Source: a virus
Length of the DNA: 64,000 nucleotides
Virus record (IMG/VR): IMGVR_UViG_3300005529_000007
Coordinates: 3,169-67,168 of that record
Strand: one strand, 5' to 3'
In this document: positions 47,932 to 57,384 of the stretch, in pieces
Position numbering within the stretch: the first letter of the stretch is position 1
Layout of the letters: each line of letters opens with the position of its first letter
Made by a program: the position numbers and the translations under genes
Notes under the pieces: generated by a model
The model's database searches: none
Told to the model about the DNA's origin: nothing
Seen by the model: only the letters and a program-made list of their open reading frames with translations

Positions 47932-48887
47932 GCCTTCAACTCCTTGACTGCGAGGAATGTATTACAACCAGTGCAAACCAGTTCCCAGAGGGGCTGGTTC
48001 TTCTGGCTGTGCGTAAGACTCACGTACTTTTTGCACCCCGGACACTCCACTACATCCAAGGTCTTCTCGTCGTAGTACCGTGTGCGATGACTACGATAGT
48101 TGTCGTGCAGCTTCCCATAGTCCGGGGCAGTGTAGAACTTCGCCACCCGGAACTCGTCATGCCACTCCAGCCCACGTTCCCCGAACATGTAGATCGAGTC
48201 GTTGTTCATGGTGATAAAGGCCAGGTCCGCCCGATTGGGCTGCATGAGCAACCCATGCCGCTCTACGAACGGCCTCATGGCATTATGTATCGCCTGCTTT
48301 TCACTACTCCACACCAGCAAGTTCGGCGTGCTCGCCAGCACGAGCGGGCTCCCGCTGCGTGCCAGGACCAGCTTGCCTGGATACGCATTGGCAATGGCTG
48401 CGATGGCCACGGAACCTGAGATCTTCCTCAAGGCCCGCAGACCCTTCATCGTAAAGCCCCCCTCATCGAGGATCGCCCGCAGGATGTCGCTGTCCACGTC
48501 TGCCTTCCGGTCCAGCGAAAGCTCCCGGAACAACGTGTCATCGTTGTGAATCATGCCGTTGTGCACCACTGCCACGTTCCCGGCAAACACAGGATGATTA
48601 TTGGCGTTGTCCTTCGGGTTGCCTTGCGTCGCTGCTCTTGTGTGCCCCAGGAAGATCTCGGTCTCTTCCCTCAGGTGAGCTGTAAGAAACTCCTTATACG
48701 CCCGGCTCCTCACGAAGTGATTCGCAGGCTCGTCCTGCTTGAGCACCTGGACTTCTTCGCCAGGATTTTGCAAGGCCATCCCCGTGGCGTCCAGCCCACG
48801 TCTCTCATTCGCGCAGAGAAGCGTGGTGATCTTCTCCTCGGTTATAGGTTCGTCGCCAAAGCGGCGGATGCCGCAGATTCCACACAT
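47928..48887 (-). CDS. Class II glutamine amidotransferase
   Basis: N-terminal MCGICG, GHTRAATQG, NNHP, HNGMI and VDSD motifs. Confidence 0.9.
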   Translation of the reverse strand: MCGICGIRRFGDEPITEEKITTLLCANERRGLDATGMALQNPGEEVQVLKQDEPANHFVRSRAYKEFLTAHLREETEIFLGHTRAATQGNPKDNANNHPVFAGNVAVVHNGMIHNDDTLFRELSLDRKADVDSDILRAILDEGGFTMKGLRALRKISGSVAIAAIANAYPGKLVLARSGSPLVLASTPNLLVWSSEKQAIHNAMRPFVERHGLLMQPNRADLAFITMNNDSIYMFGERGLEWHDEFRVAKFYTAPDYGKLHDNYRSHRTRYYDEKTLDVVECPGCKKYVSLTHSQKNQPLWELVCTGCNTFLAVKELKA

Positions 48888-49213
48888 GACTGTTCTCCTC
48901 GTCCGCTCCAGGCATATCCCTGGATTTCGGCTTTCTCTCGCTCGGATAGCTCTCCGAAAAACTTCCATTTGTACTGCTGCATCCAGGAAAGGTGCTTTGC
49001 CTTATTCTGGTGTTTGATAACCCACTTGCGAAATCCGGTTACGTACATACTGCTTTTCCTTGTGTTGCAGAGAGCACAAGCCGGGACCAGGTTCTGTTGG
49101 TACTGATGTCTCGTCCAACCCCTGGGTAAGTACACCCTCGGTACTTGGTGATCTCTGGTTGTGGCAGGTTGCCCACAATACCAGCAGGGTTTCCCCCTTA
49201 CATAAGACTTCAT
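48842..49213 (-). CDS. HNH endonuclease
   Basis: CWYCG...DHQVP...NLVPACALCN. Confidence 0.85.
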   Translation of the reverse strand: MKSYVRGKPCWYCGQPATTRDHQVPRVYLPRGWTRHQYQQNLVPACALCNTRKSSMYVTGFRKWVIKHQNKAKHLSWMQQYKWKFFGELSEREKAEIQGYAWSGRGEQSCVESAASAALATNL

Positions 49214-49277
49214 GGCGCGGTCCCCAAAGAAAAGGGGCAAGATGTACTATCCTCGCCCCCCAGAGTCGAAGCAGCTA

Positions 49278-50786
49278 CTACTCCAAGTCTTTGCTTGGGT
49301 ATTCGTACAACACTTTGCCCTTGAATCTGACAGGAGCGGGAACATATTGGGATTTCCACTCCTTCAGACTGTCGCGGTGAACTTTTTTTATGTCCCAGAT
49401 AGGCAACACTCCGTTGAGTAATGCCTTCTTCATCTTGTGGAACCGCTCGCCTTCGCGCCAGTCGGCACCAATGGAGATGTGCTTTCCTCCATCTGCCTCG
49501 AAGGTCTTGACCGAAAACGGGAACCTGGTCTGCCAGCCAGAGGGCAGGTACTTCACCAGGCTCCTGGACAACATCAACGGATGCACGCCTCTTGTATGCC
49601 CTTGTATGGACATCTTCAATTCCTTGTGGTAGCAGATGTCCCAGATCATCTCGCCCAGGCCCTTGGCTTGGTGAGTATTGGCCGTAGCCAGCGCCAGGGC
49701 ATAGCCATCCGGCAACACAGTCGGGTGCCAGGTAGCTGTCGGCGTCCTCGCAGGAATGGGCACGCCCGAAAAGAGATGGTCAAACATGTCCCGGACATCC
49801 TGCTCACTGGGAGCGATGCTCAAAGGCACAACCTTCACGGGCGTCTTCTCTGTCGGGGTCGTGATCCCCCAGCGTCCCTTGAAGTCCCAGCCCACATGCC
49901 TCGGGAACCCGCCGCGCTTAATTAGGTACAGCGCCAGCAGAGCGTCATCGTCCGTGTCCTTGAAGTACGCCAGGAGGTTCCGCAACTTGGCCGCAAGTAC
50001 CGTAGGATTAGTTCCGTTCCCCGATCTCGTCACCAGCCCTGGGCAATGCACACACAGCTTCGCCAGGGTGATGCTGATAAAGGCCAGCGCTGGGCTGTCT
50101 AGCCAGCTCGGAAACGTGCGGTACTCATAGCCGTGGGTCTGTAGCCTAAAGTCCCCCGGCATCCCGTAATGCTGGCCCAGTCGATCCCCGCCTCGCCTCT
50201 CGGCCATCTCTCGCGTGGGATAGACGCCCATGCCAAGCAGATCCTCGGTGAGATTGTCCAGGGCACGGACCTCATCGGCTCTCGTGGGCCGCTTGCGTCC
50301 CATGTGCACATGCCCGCCAATCCCGTCACCAAAGACAAATGCCCCACAGCGCCATTGGTACGTCGTAATACCTTCCACTAAGGTGGACATCCACCTCAGG
50401 GTGCTCAGAATGCTCGCGCACACACGCAGCGCACACCGGCTCGGGTGAGGCCGAATCTCTGCCAGTCGCCCGTTGTTGTCTGCGCCAAACGCTGGCCCTT
50501 GTTGCAAGCCCAGGTGATGTGCATCCACCCGAGAATCCTCATCTCTCGTCAGCCCACTGCTCACGAACACGAACTCCGGGTCAGCTCCCAGCTTGAAGCG
50601 ATTCACATACCGCCTCTGCGGGCCGAACTCGGGCAACTTCTGGAGCCGTTTCAACCAGCTCTCTAGCTTCTGGTCGGAGACCGTGTAGCCCAACGGGAAC
50701 GCACGGTGGATTCCCTCCGGCGCAGAGATCCCGTGGCTGATGGCCACCCGATAAAAGGCATCCTTGAGTTTCACAAGTTCGCTCAT
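49278..50786 (-). CDS. phiEco32-like COOH-NH2 ligase (paralog 2) with C-terminal extension
   Basis: GADPEF, AEIRP, GGHVH, YGMPGDFR and EYRTFPSW motifs. Confidence 0.83.
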   Translation of the reverse strand: MSELVKLKDAFYRVAISHGISAPEGIHRAFPLGYTVSDQKLESWLKRLQKLPEFGPQRRYVNRFKLGADPEFVFVSSGLTRDEDSRVDAHHLGLQQGPAFGADNNGRLAEIRPHPSRCALRVCASILSTLRWMSTLVEGITTYQWRCGAFVFGDGIGGHVHMGRKRPTRADEVRALDNLTEDLLGMGVYPTREMAERRGGDRLGQHYGMPGDFRLQTHGYEYRTFPSWLDSPALAFISITLAKLCVHCPGLVTRSGNGTNPTVLAAKLRNLLAYFKDTDDDALLALYLIKRGGFPRHVGWDFKGRWGITTPTEKTPVKVVPLSIAPSEQDVRDMFDHLFSGVPIPARTPTATWHPTVLPDGYALALATANTHQAKGLGEMIWDICYHKELKMSIQGHTRGVHPLMLSRSLVKYLPSGWQTRFPFSVKTFEADGGKHISIGADWREGERFHKMKKALLNGVLPIWDIKKVHRDSLKEWKSQYVPAPVRFKGKVLYEYPSKDLE

Positions 50787-50980
50787 AGTTCGGTCCTCGG
50801 CTCCAAGTGCACCAGCCCTCCACAAGAAGAACAAATCACGTAGGGAAATGGCATCGAATTCACGGATGTTTCATGCACGCTGCCACACACGCTACAAGCT
50901 CCCCACATCCCTCCTACTTCTTCTGCGGCAGTAACCCCGTCCAGCTCGTAGATCTCCCCGTCTACATGTTGCTCAGCCAT
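50783..50980 (-). CDS. Zinc-ribbon protein
   Basis: CSVC...CSSC; ATG 50980. Confidence 0.55.
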   Translation of the reverse strand: MAEQHVDGEIYELDGVTAAEEVGGMWGACSVCGSVHETSVNSMPFPYVICSSCGGLVHLEPRTEL

Positions 50981-51453
50981 CTTTTGAACTCCCGTAACTG
51001 CTGTATGGTCAACTTGGCCATAGGCCCATAGACTCTCTTTATTTGGTGTTCGTGACGAACTTTCTTGATCTGAAACGGCTCCCTCATCCAGGACAAGGAC
51101 TGCAACCGCTGCCAAGGATGGTAGTAGTTCCATAAGGTCTGGCTGGCTGCTGACACGGGCATATCCAGCCCCGCGATCCGCCCCCATGAGGCTGAGTTGG
51201 AGATAATGTTCTCCCGGTCGAACTCGTAGAGGTAAACGGTTTTGTCCTGCGAGATCCGTAACACTTTCTCCCAAAGCTGGCGCGTGGGCTTGCCTAGATA
51301 GGTAAACTGACGCTGTCTACCACTCCCTGCAAGCACCAGCACCCTAGTGGGATAGTTCCCAGGGAATGGCTTGGGCTTTGTGCCAGTCATGCTCATTCCC
51401 CGCAACTGCGCGAGCGCCATCTTCACTACGATTTTCGGTGTAAACTTCTTCAT
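50962..51453 (-). CDS. Hypothetical basic protein
   Basis: ATG 51453 (MKKFTPK). Confidence 0.55.
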   Translation of the reverse strand: MKKFTPKIVVKMALAQLRGMSMTGTKPKPFPGNYPTRVLVLAGSGRQRQFTYLGKPTRQLWEKVLRISQDKTVYLYEFDRENIISNSASWGRIAGLDMPVSAASQTLWNYYHPWQRLQSLSWMREPFQIKKVRHEHQIKRVYGPMAKLTIQQLREFKRWLSNM

Positions 51454-51577
51454 GTTTTCGCCTTCTTTGCCGAAAGCTCCTTGAATGCCTGCCACAGCGT
51501 CCACACGGTCGTGGAGAAACACTGCACCCGCTTGATCTCGTTATTCCCGTTCCTGGTCCACACCCAATAGCTCGGAC

Positions 51578-52264
51578 TCAATCCGTGCATTGGCCCTGGC
51601 TCGACGTAGATTCCGTGTCGTTCAAGCCAGAACTGTTGAATAATGTTGAGTGACGAACCTGATGAAGTGTCATCTCCAGTGGCAGCCATCTGTCCATGTC
51701 GAACTTCCATCGCTCCTGACATGATCCTCCGCACAGGGGAACTCCCCATTTCTGTTTCTTCGTATAGTCCTTGCAAACAACGCACTTGCCCTTTTCAAGG
51801 AGCTCCTTGTACGTATTGACGAGCAGCACGTTGCAGTTCCACCAGGATTTCTTGCTGTCGTGCTTGTGCAGGAATCTCTCTGCTCCGCCGTGGCATACCG
51901 TTCTACATGCCCGGCAGACGGAGAACGTCCCGTACTCTTGAGCCACCCCAATCCAGAACCGATATTCCCAGTTCTTCAGGTTCCCAGGCTTCGGGTTAAA
52001 GGCCGTCGTGACCTTCACGAAGCCCATCGGGGTGAACTTTTGCGGCGTACTCCTATTGCACCAGGTACAGATCCAGATCCCATTTCGCAAGATCTTGGCC
52101 GAGGAACCATACGGCAACTTGCACAACGGACATCTATCGTCCGTGTCATATCGCCCTCGGGTCTTCTCCCAATGCGTGGCCTCCCTGGCCCTGACGGGCA
52201 TCTGGGGCTGGCGTGCCCCGTAGGGATACACGATGTTTCTGATTACCCAGAAGGGGACTTTCAT
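51578..52264 (-). CDS. Multi-Zn-finger hypothetical protein
   Basis: Several CxxC pairs; SD AGGAG. Confidence 0.65.
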   Translation of the reverse strand: MKVPFWVIRNIVYPYGARQPQMPVRAREATHWEKTRGRYDTDDRCPLCKLPYGSSAKILRNGIWICTWCNRSTPQKFTPMGFVKVTTAFNPKPGNLKNWEYRFWIGVAQEYGTFSVCRACRTVCHGGAERFLHKHDSKKSWWNCNVLLVNTYKELLEKGKCVVCKDYTKKQKWGVPLCGGSCQERWKFDMDRWLPLEMTLHQVRHSTLFNSSGLNDTESTSSQGQCTD

Positions 52265-52271
52265 GTCTCTC

Positions 52272-52613
52272 CTAGTTCACGAACGAAACTTCGATTCCGT
52301 TTTCAGCAAAAAGTCGAGTAATGTTTTTTTCCCGGTCAGCGTCATGCAGCGACGGGTCGTCATTCGTTGCCATTAGGTGGTCACCGACAAAAGAGCTGGA
52401 GAGCCCCTCGTCGTCGAAGAGAAAAGACATTTGTGTGGGACTATCCAACAAGTCCCGAGGCGAAACCACGCCTAGAATCTGATCCTCCCTCAACCCACAC
52501 GCCAACGAGAAGAAGCCCAAGCAGCACATCTTCCTGTCAGATTTGCGCAAGAGATAGGACCTATGTCCTCCTTCTCCCCTCAACCACTGCTTGCGATCAA
52601 TGACGAGTTTCAT
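52272..52613 (-). CDS. Hypothetical protein
   Basis: WLRG...MCCLG...ND motif pattern common in phage early genes. Confidence 0.7.
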   Translation of the reverse strand: MKLVIDRKQWLRGEGGHRSYLLRKSDRKMCCLGFFSLACGLREDQILGVVSPRDLLDSPTQMSFLFDDEGLSSSFVGDHLMATNDDPSLHDADREKNITRLFAENGIEVSFVN

Positions 52614-52630
52614 AATGCTTTAGTTCCTTC

Positions 52631-52819
52631 CTACGGACACATGTACTCGTATGCTTTGGTTTCCCGTTCTTCCCCACATTGAGCGCACACATCCATTTCG
52701 TATTGCCGAGTTCGTTGCTCGTCGGTACGCGGGTCATACGGGCCTAGCTTGGGGTGCGTTATGGTGCGATTCAAGCAGCACATCACCCATCTATGTAGAC
52801 CGAACCTGCACCAGTTCAC
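52631..52819 (-). CDS. Small Zn-binding protein
   Basis: CRFGLHRW...CAQCG. Confidence 0.6.
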   Translation of the reverse strand: MNWCRFGLHRWVMCCLNRTITHPKLGPYDPRTDEQRTRQYEMDVCAQCGEERETKAYEYMCP

Positions 52820-53097
52820 TGTTCCCTCAATTCCTCCACCGCCACAACCTGGCTGGTGTAAACCAATCTCCCTGCGGTCGCACCCAGCATCTTCCCCAAC
52901 TCCCTGAGGCTCTCATCTCTCGCCTCCATCACCATGCCGACGCGCTTGCCCACAACGGGCTCATCGCAAAGAATGAACGTCCCACTCTCGTCTCTCAACT
53001 CCCCGCTTTCAGTCGTCTTCTGGAGTCTCACCCACGTCTTAGCTGCGTGGTCAATTAGGTACTGGCTCCCTGTCTCAGTCGTTACGAGCTGTTTCAT
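52816..53097 (-). CDS. Hypothetical protein
   Basis: TETGSQY...TSQVV; SD GGAGG. Confidence 0.65.
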   Translation of the reverse strand: MKQLVTTETGSQYLIDHAAKTWVRLQKTTESGELRDESGTFILCDEPVVGKRVGMVMEARDESLRELGKMLGATAGRLVYTSQVVAVEELREQ

Positions 53098-53120
53098 GTG
53101 CCTCCCCCTAAAAAATTTAA

Positions 53121-53290
53121 GACCTGGGGAGAGGAGGCCTAAACACGCCCCTTCACCCAGGTCGTTTCACAGGGAGTTGAGCTTATCGTGCGCCAAGTGG
53201 CGAGCGGCAAGAAGGCCCCTCCTTGTCAAACTCCACCTGTCTCCCTGTATTGGCATAGGCCCACTTAGTGGACGCTGTCCAGGTCGCACT
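53121..53290 (-). ncRNA. Candidate structured RNA or regulatory leader
   Basis: Branched stems plus a terminal GACCTGGG/CCCAGGTC hairpin and U-tract. Confidence 0.4.
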
Positions 53291-53301
53291 AGAACGCAGT
53301 G

Positions 53302-53727
53302 TTACCGCGAGGTCTTTTTTCTCCTCGCCTTGCGTCCGCTGCGATTGCTCGCAGATACTTTGCGTGCTGCCAACAGGGGCATGGTCTTCATGCCCTTGGC
53401 GAACATGGTAATGACGTTCCCGCTCCGCCCCTTGAAGGTGCCGAGTGCTACATAACCCGCCTTGACGGCGGCCTTCTGGGCAGCGAGCTGGTTGTCGTTC
53501 AACGTAATGAGCTTGCAAGGGGCGCTGTCTTCGGAATCCTCAATGGATGCAACGATGACCTTGATGGCCTCTTCTTCATTCGTGACCAGGTTGTCATCTT
53601 TCAGGCTCTCGATCTCGTCTTTGTCTTCAGAGATCTGTTGTTTCAAATCCGCGTCGCTCGGGAAGGTGTAGATCACCTCCACCCCGCAACATCCTGGAAA
53701 ATCGTCTCGATTGATTTCCGTCTCCAT
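53302..53727 (-). CDS. Divergent GNAT-like protein
   Basis: FPGCCG...LITLNDNQ...GY..LGTF pattern; SD GAGGAG. Confidence 0.5.
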   Translation of the reverse strand: METEINRDDFPGCCGVEVIYTFPSDADLKQQISEDKDEIESLKDDNLVTNEEEAIKVIVASIEDSEDSAPCKLITLNDNQLAAQKAAVKAGYVALGTFKGRSGNVITMFAKGMKTMPLLAARKVSASNRSGRKARRKKTSR

Positions 53728-53830
53728 ATTTCTCCTCTTCTTTGTGAATGTCTCCTCCCGGCAGAACCGTGAGGCCTACAAAACCGTGCTCTACATCCGC
53801 AGAAAGCATGTTCCCACTCCTGTGCATAAA

Positions 53831-53856
53831 AAAGGCCACTATTTCAAGTGGCCTTT
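53831..53856 (-). terminator. Intrinsic terminator
   Basis: AAAGGCCACT/AGTGGCCTTT followed by a U-tract on the - strand. Confidence 0.75.
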
Positions 53857-53875
53857 ATTCTGCGTAGGCGCTGGG

Positions 53876-54229
53876 CTACTTCGGCGCAGCCTGCAAGTTG
53901 GATGGAGGCGACGGGAGCACAGGTATCAGTACCTGGACTTCTCCGTCACAGGCACTTTCCGCACCTCCTGTTCCGACATCCGAGACGTTGTAGAAGATCG
54001 TCTGGCCGTCAGTGAGGCCCACTGTGTCCACATACTGAAGGGCGTTGATTCCCGTGGCGTAGGGCGTCGGGGAGCCATTGCAAACTCCCTTGGCCGTGCC
54101 CTTATAGATGTTGTACGTCACACCTGGTGTCGTGGAAGCGTTCCACGAGAGTGTGACGGAATGTTGTCCAGGGGTATTGGCAAACGCCATCCCTCCCAAA
54201 GCAAGTACAACAAGCAAGCGTTTAATCAT
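53876..54229 (-). CDS. Exported fibronectin type III domain protein
   Basis: Signal peptide; SVTLSWNAS...YNIY...YVD...YNVS...GAES...PSPPSNL. Confidence 0.82.
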   Translation of the reverse strand: MIKRLLVVLALGGMAFANTPGQHSVTLSWNASTTPGVTYNIYKGTAKGVCNGSPTPYATGINALQYVDTVGLTDGQTIFYNVSDVGTGGAESACDGEVQVLIPVLPSPPSNLQAAPK

Positions 54230-54331
54230 TTCTTCCTCTTATTGTGGTCCTTGACATGATCCAACAACTTCTCCCAGCGCTTAAACTTCTTCTCGCAATG
54301 CCCGCAACGATGTAGTCTTTTCTTGGCCACC

Positions 54332-54619
54332 TCATCTCCCCTCGTGCACTGAGTAAGCCACCGCAGCACTCTCAGTGCCGATCAGTGCCCATTTGAAAAT
54401 CTTGGCCGCTCGCTTATGCCCGTGCTTGTTCAGCTCATGCGTAGCGAGGATCTCCAGCCCCAGGTCGGCTGCACATGAGCCGTACCCAATCGCTGGTCCA
54501 TGCGTAACAAATGGACGGGCTATGGGGTTTATCTCCCGATAGCCCCCTCTGTCCAGGCGCTGCATTGTGAGCTGGCAATCTGTGGCCGTCAGGGCCATCA
54601 ACAGGGCGAGTGTCTTCAT
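54332..54619 (-). CDS. Membrane hypothetical protein (E-x-N-P family)
   Basis: D..LT...GGYREINPIARP followed by hydrophobic helices. Confidence 0.6.
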   Translation of the reverse strand: MKTLALLMALTATDCQLTMQRLDRGGYREINPIARPFVTHGPAIGYGSCAADLGLEILATHELNKHGHKRAAKIFKWALIGTESAAVAYSVHEGR

Positions 54620-54828
54620 CGCTTGAATCCAAGAACTGTAAGGGCCTCTTGTATCTGGGCATCTCGCTTCGCCTTCGCTGCCTCAATGCGTTGTATTTCT
54701 TCTTCGCGGCACTTGGGGCAGAGGTAAGATAGAGAAGCGTAATCAGATGCCACATACTGCATCTTCACCCCATGCTTGCAGCAGTAGCCATTCCTAGCGA
54801 GCACATTGAGGGCTTCATCACGATTCAT
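54616..54828 (-). CDS. Small Zn-finger protein
   Basis: CCKHG...CPKC. Confidence 0.6.
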   Translation of the reverse strand: MNRDEALNVLARNGYCCKHGVKMQYVASDYASLSYLCPKCREEEIQRIEAAKAKRDAQIQEALTVLGFKR

Positions 54829-54837
54829 AAGTTCTCC

Positions 54838-54865
54838 CCACTACCCAAAAACGGGTCACACAGAC
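54838..54865 (+). repeat. Dispersed repeat R6
   Basis: CCACTACCCAAAAACGGGTCACACAGAC. Confidence 0.8.
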
Positions 54866-54883
54866 CCAAGTTCCTTTTATCCC

Positions 54884-55259
54884 CGCGAACCCCGGCATCT
54901 CCAGAGCGTATGCAAATCCCCGCCCTATCCGTAAAGAACTTCTCCGACAAACTTTGTTCCTTGTTTAACGGGACGCCCGGAGTAAAGGGGTACTAATCGG
55001 TGATATAAGCTCCCCGATTTCCCCCACCCATACGGTTTTCACCAAGGGCCTACCTACGTCGCCCACAGAGGGAACAAACTGATTGCCGTGCCCATCCAAT
55101 CCAGACAGGAGACAAGATGTCCTGTTCTAGAGAAGCACAAAACGAGAGCGAGCTTATGATCGCCCACTCCCATACTTCCCCCGGCCCGTCCGAGCCGCGA
55201 ACCTGGACTCCTTGCCTCGAAAAGCAAGGCCCGTGTCGCTCGGTTGCCGGGGTTCTGCG
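54884..55259 (-). ncRNA. Candidate large structured ncRNA (~375 nt)
   Basis: 11-bp perfect end-to-end helix, UUCG and GAAA tetraloops, many G-U pairs on the - strand, no credible ORF. Confidence 0.65.
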
Positions 55260-55265
55260 AAGAAC

Positions 55266-55583
55266 TTAATAGAAAATTCCATTCCAATTCTGATTGTCGT
55301 AATACGTTTCATACTGCGGCTTGGGATCTGTCTTGACCTTCACCAGGACATCCTCACAGCTTTTCCTGCCGCAACAGGGCACATGGCCCTTGGCCAAATG
55401 AAACGCAGGTCTGGCACAGCCCCGGCAGATAAACCTTGGCAATTTCCCCCTGCCTTTACAGGTCACACAAATGGGATCTTGCTTCTGGTATCTCGGGTCC
55501 ACTCGTGTCCCAAGCCCTCTACAAATGGGACACACGTCCACTACGATTTCTTTGCCAGTCGCTTGCTCGCTAGAATTCCCCAT
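55266..55583 (-). CDS. DnaJ-type CxxCxGxG zinc-finger protein
   Basis: CPICRGLG and CVTCKGRG. Confidence 0.65.
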   Translation of the reverse strand: MGNSSEQATGKEIVVDVCPICRGLGTRVDPRYQKQDPICVTCKGRGKLPRFICRGCARPAFHLAKGHVPCCGRKSCEDVLVKVKTDPKPQYETYYDNQNWNGIFY

Positions 55584-56971
55584 TGACCCTCGTTCTCCAC
55601 AAGGCGCTGGTCCCAATAAACCCTGCGCCCGTTTTTATCCACCTTCCCAAACATATCCAGCTTCCAATTCCCCTCGATGTCCGTGGGATCAGGAATGACA
55701 TGCTCAACACCCTTGAGAATAGTTTCCATTGCCAACGTGATCGTTGGGGAGGCAACACCCTCCGCGTGCGGGAAATTTGTGTACGTCAACAGCGCCGCGA
55801 GCACCTTGGAATTAGTCGCAATCATCTCGCGGGCCGCAGCCACGTCGCACGTGTTAATCACCTTCCGCACATCCGCCGCATTGGCCTTCCAGAGCAAATC
55901 ACACAGGCCAAGCCGCCCGAAGTTCAGGGCCACACGGAACAGCTCCATTGTCAAGTGACCAATCGCCGGATGGCACAACCAGAAGTTGCTCAACGTGCGG
56001 TATTCAATGCCATACGCAGGCAATCTATACTCGCCCGCGAGACCGTAGAATCTCCGCCGAATTGGATTGTCGATATTGGCAGCCATGCTGACCGCGCATA
56101 CACCCAGGACCGCATCCAACGAACGCACGGTCCGCGACACAATATCGTCATTCGTCGGGATCACACCATAGGTCAAATGTCCACCCGCGAATCTGTACTG
56201 CAACCGCCTGGGCTCCGCGACTTCCTGCCCCTTGTCGCCATAGATATTCCGGCTGGGCGTGCATCCCAGGATCACGTACTTCTCGTCGAGCTCCGCGAGC
56301 GTAGATAGGGGAATCTCAACCACATTCTCCAAGGACAACTTCGCATTTGCGTGCTTCTTCCGCGCCGCACTCAATGTGCGATACAAGCCCTCACGTATGT
56401 TGTACGTGACTGATTCCAGGCAATTTGCGGGATTCACATTGAACTCCGCCTGGAAGCCATCCCAAAATGCACGCGCACCCACGCCCACACCGTCAGGAGC
56501 TCCGCCTTCCTGCATTTTGGCCACACGCTTCTGGAACTCCTGCTGACTCCCCTCATTACTCTCCAGGAAATCAAACGCATTGAGCACCTGGTCGCCCACC
56601 TTCACGAAGATCTCCGGGTCGCTTCCTGTGGTCCAGGCCGTGCCTTTCCGCATGACATACTTCCCATTCAAAAGCGAATCTGCCAGCCTGCTCTGCAATT
56701 CCTTGGTCCGCTCTTCAGGGAGCACCTTCCAGGGCATAGTTGCCGGAATCTTGTTTGGCACAGTCATCGCAGCAATCGTGTTGTTGTGGCCGTGCAACAC
56801 GTGCAATTCCGGCCACACATAGGACGTGTTTATTTTGCCCGTGTGATCGTAGGTGCCCTCTGCACCCATAACCAGGGCCTCACGTCCCCCGAAGTATCCC
56901 GCGCCCCACTCGGGCGGGACCTCCACCGCAGTACCTGGGGGAATATCCTTAAATGGAATCTTGTTGCTCAT
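55541..56971 (-). CDS. phiEco32-like COOH-NH2 ligase (paralog 3)
   Basis: GSDPE, DGFQAEFN, GCTP, RFAGGHL, RRRFYGLAGEYR and EYRTLSNFW motifs. Confidence 0.88.
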   Translation of the reverse strand: MSNKIPFKDIPPGTAVEVPPEWGAGYFGGREALVMGAEGTYDHTGKINTSYVWPELHVLHGHNNTIAAMTVPNKIPATMPWKVLPEERTKELQSRLADSLLNGKYVMRKGTAWTTGSDPEIFVKVGDQVLNAFDFLESNEGSQQEFQKRVAKMQEGGAPDGVGVGARAFWDGFQAEFNVNPANCLESVTYNIREGLYRTLSAARKKHANAKLSLENVVEIPLSTLAELDEKYVILGCTPSRNIYGDKGQEVAEPRRLQYRFAGGHLTYGVIPTNDDIVSRTVRSLDAVLGVCAVSMAANIDNPIRRRFYGLAGEYRLPAYGIEYRTLSNFWLCHPAIGHLTMELFRVALNFGRLGLCDLLWKANAADVRKVINTCDVAAAREMIATNSKVLAALLTYTNFPHAEGVASPTITLAMETILKGVEHVIPDPTDIEGNWKLDMFGKVDKNGRRVYWDQRLVENEGQWGILASKRLAKKS

Positions 56972-56976
56972 GGTAC

Positions 56977-57384
56977 TCAATGTCCTTTCCCAGTGACTTC
57001 AAATCTCTTGTGAAAGCACAGTTGAACCAGATCAGCCGCGAACTCAATGCACGTATGATGTACTTGATACGCGGCCATCACCTGCTCAACCCATTTGCGG
57101 TCTTCAACAAGGCTAAGCACATCTTTCAACGTAGCCTTGTATAGTTTGAGTTGCAGCTTCTCCATGACCATCTTGGCTGCCCCCTTGGCATACTGCTCTC
57201 TTTCATGCTGTCGTCTCACCAAGTTGTGCCAAGCGACTTGTTCAGGAGTACCTTCTTGCAGCAAACGTTCATCGGTTACTGTCCTGAGCCCATGCACGAA
57301 TTTTCCCCTTGAGCGAAGTGCCCTCCCGAGAGCGAGCCCAAAAACCGTCGCACGTTCACGTCTTTTGGGCGTAAAAAAGGCCAT
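56977..57384 (-). CDS. Hypothetical protein (start uncertain)
   Basis: ORF abuts the ligase gene; its 5' end overlaps a terminator. Confidence 0.5.
   Translation of the reverse strand: MAFFTPKRRERATVFGLALGRALRSRGKFVHGLRTVTDERLLQEGTPEQVAWHNLVRRQHEREQYAKGAAKMVMEKLQLKLYKATLKDVLSLVEDRKWVEQVMAAYQVHHTCIEFAADLVQLCFHKRFEVTGKGH

Noticed and set aside
54884-55259. RNase P RNA or tmRNA identity for the large RNA
   Set aside because: CAGAACCCCGGC and AGUCCAGG resemble P4 strands but are in the wrong order, and GAGGAAAGUC is missing. There are no tRNA-like ends or tag ORF.
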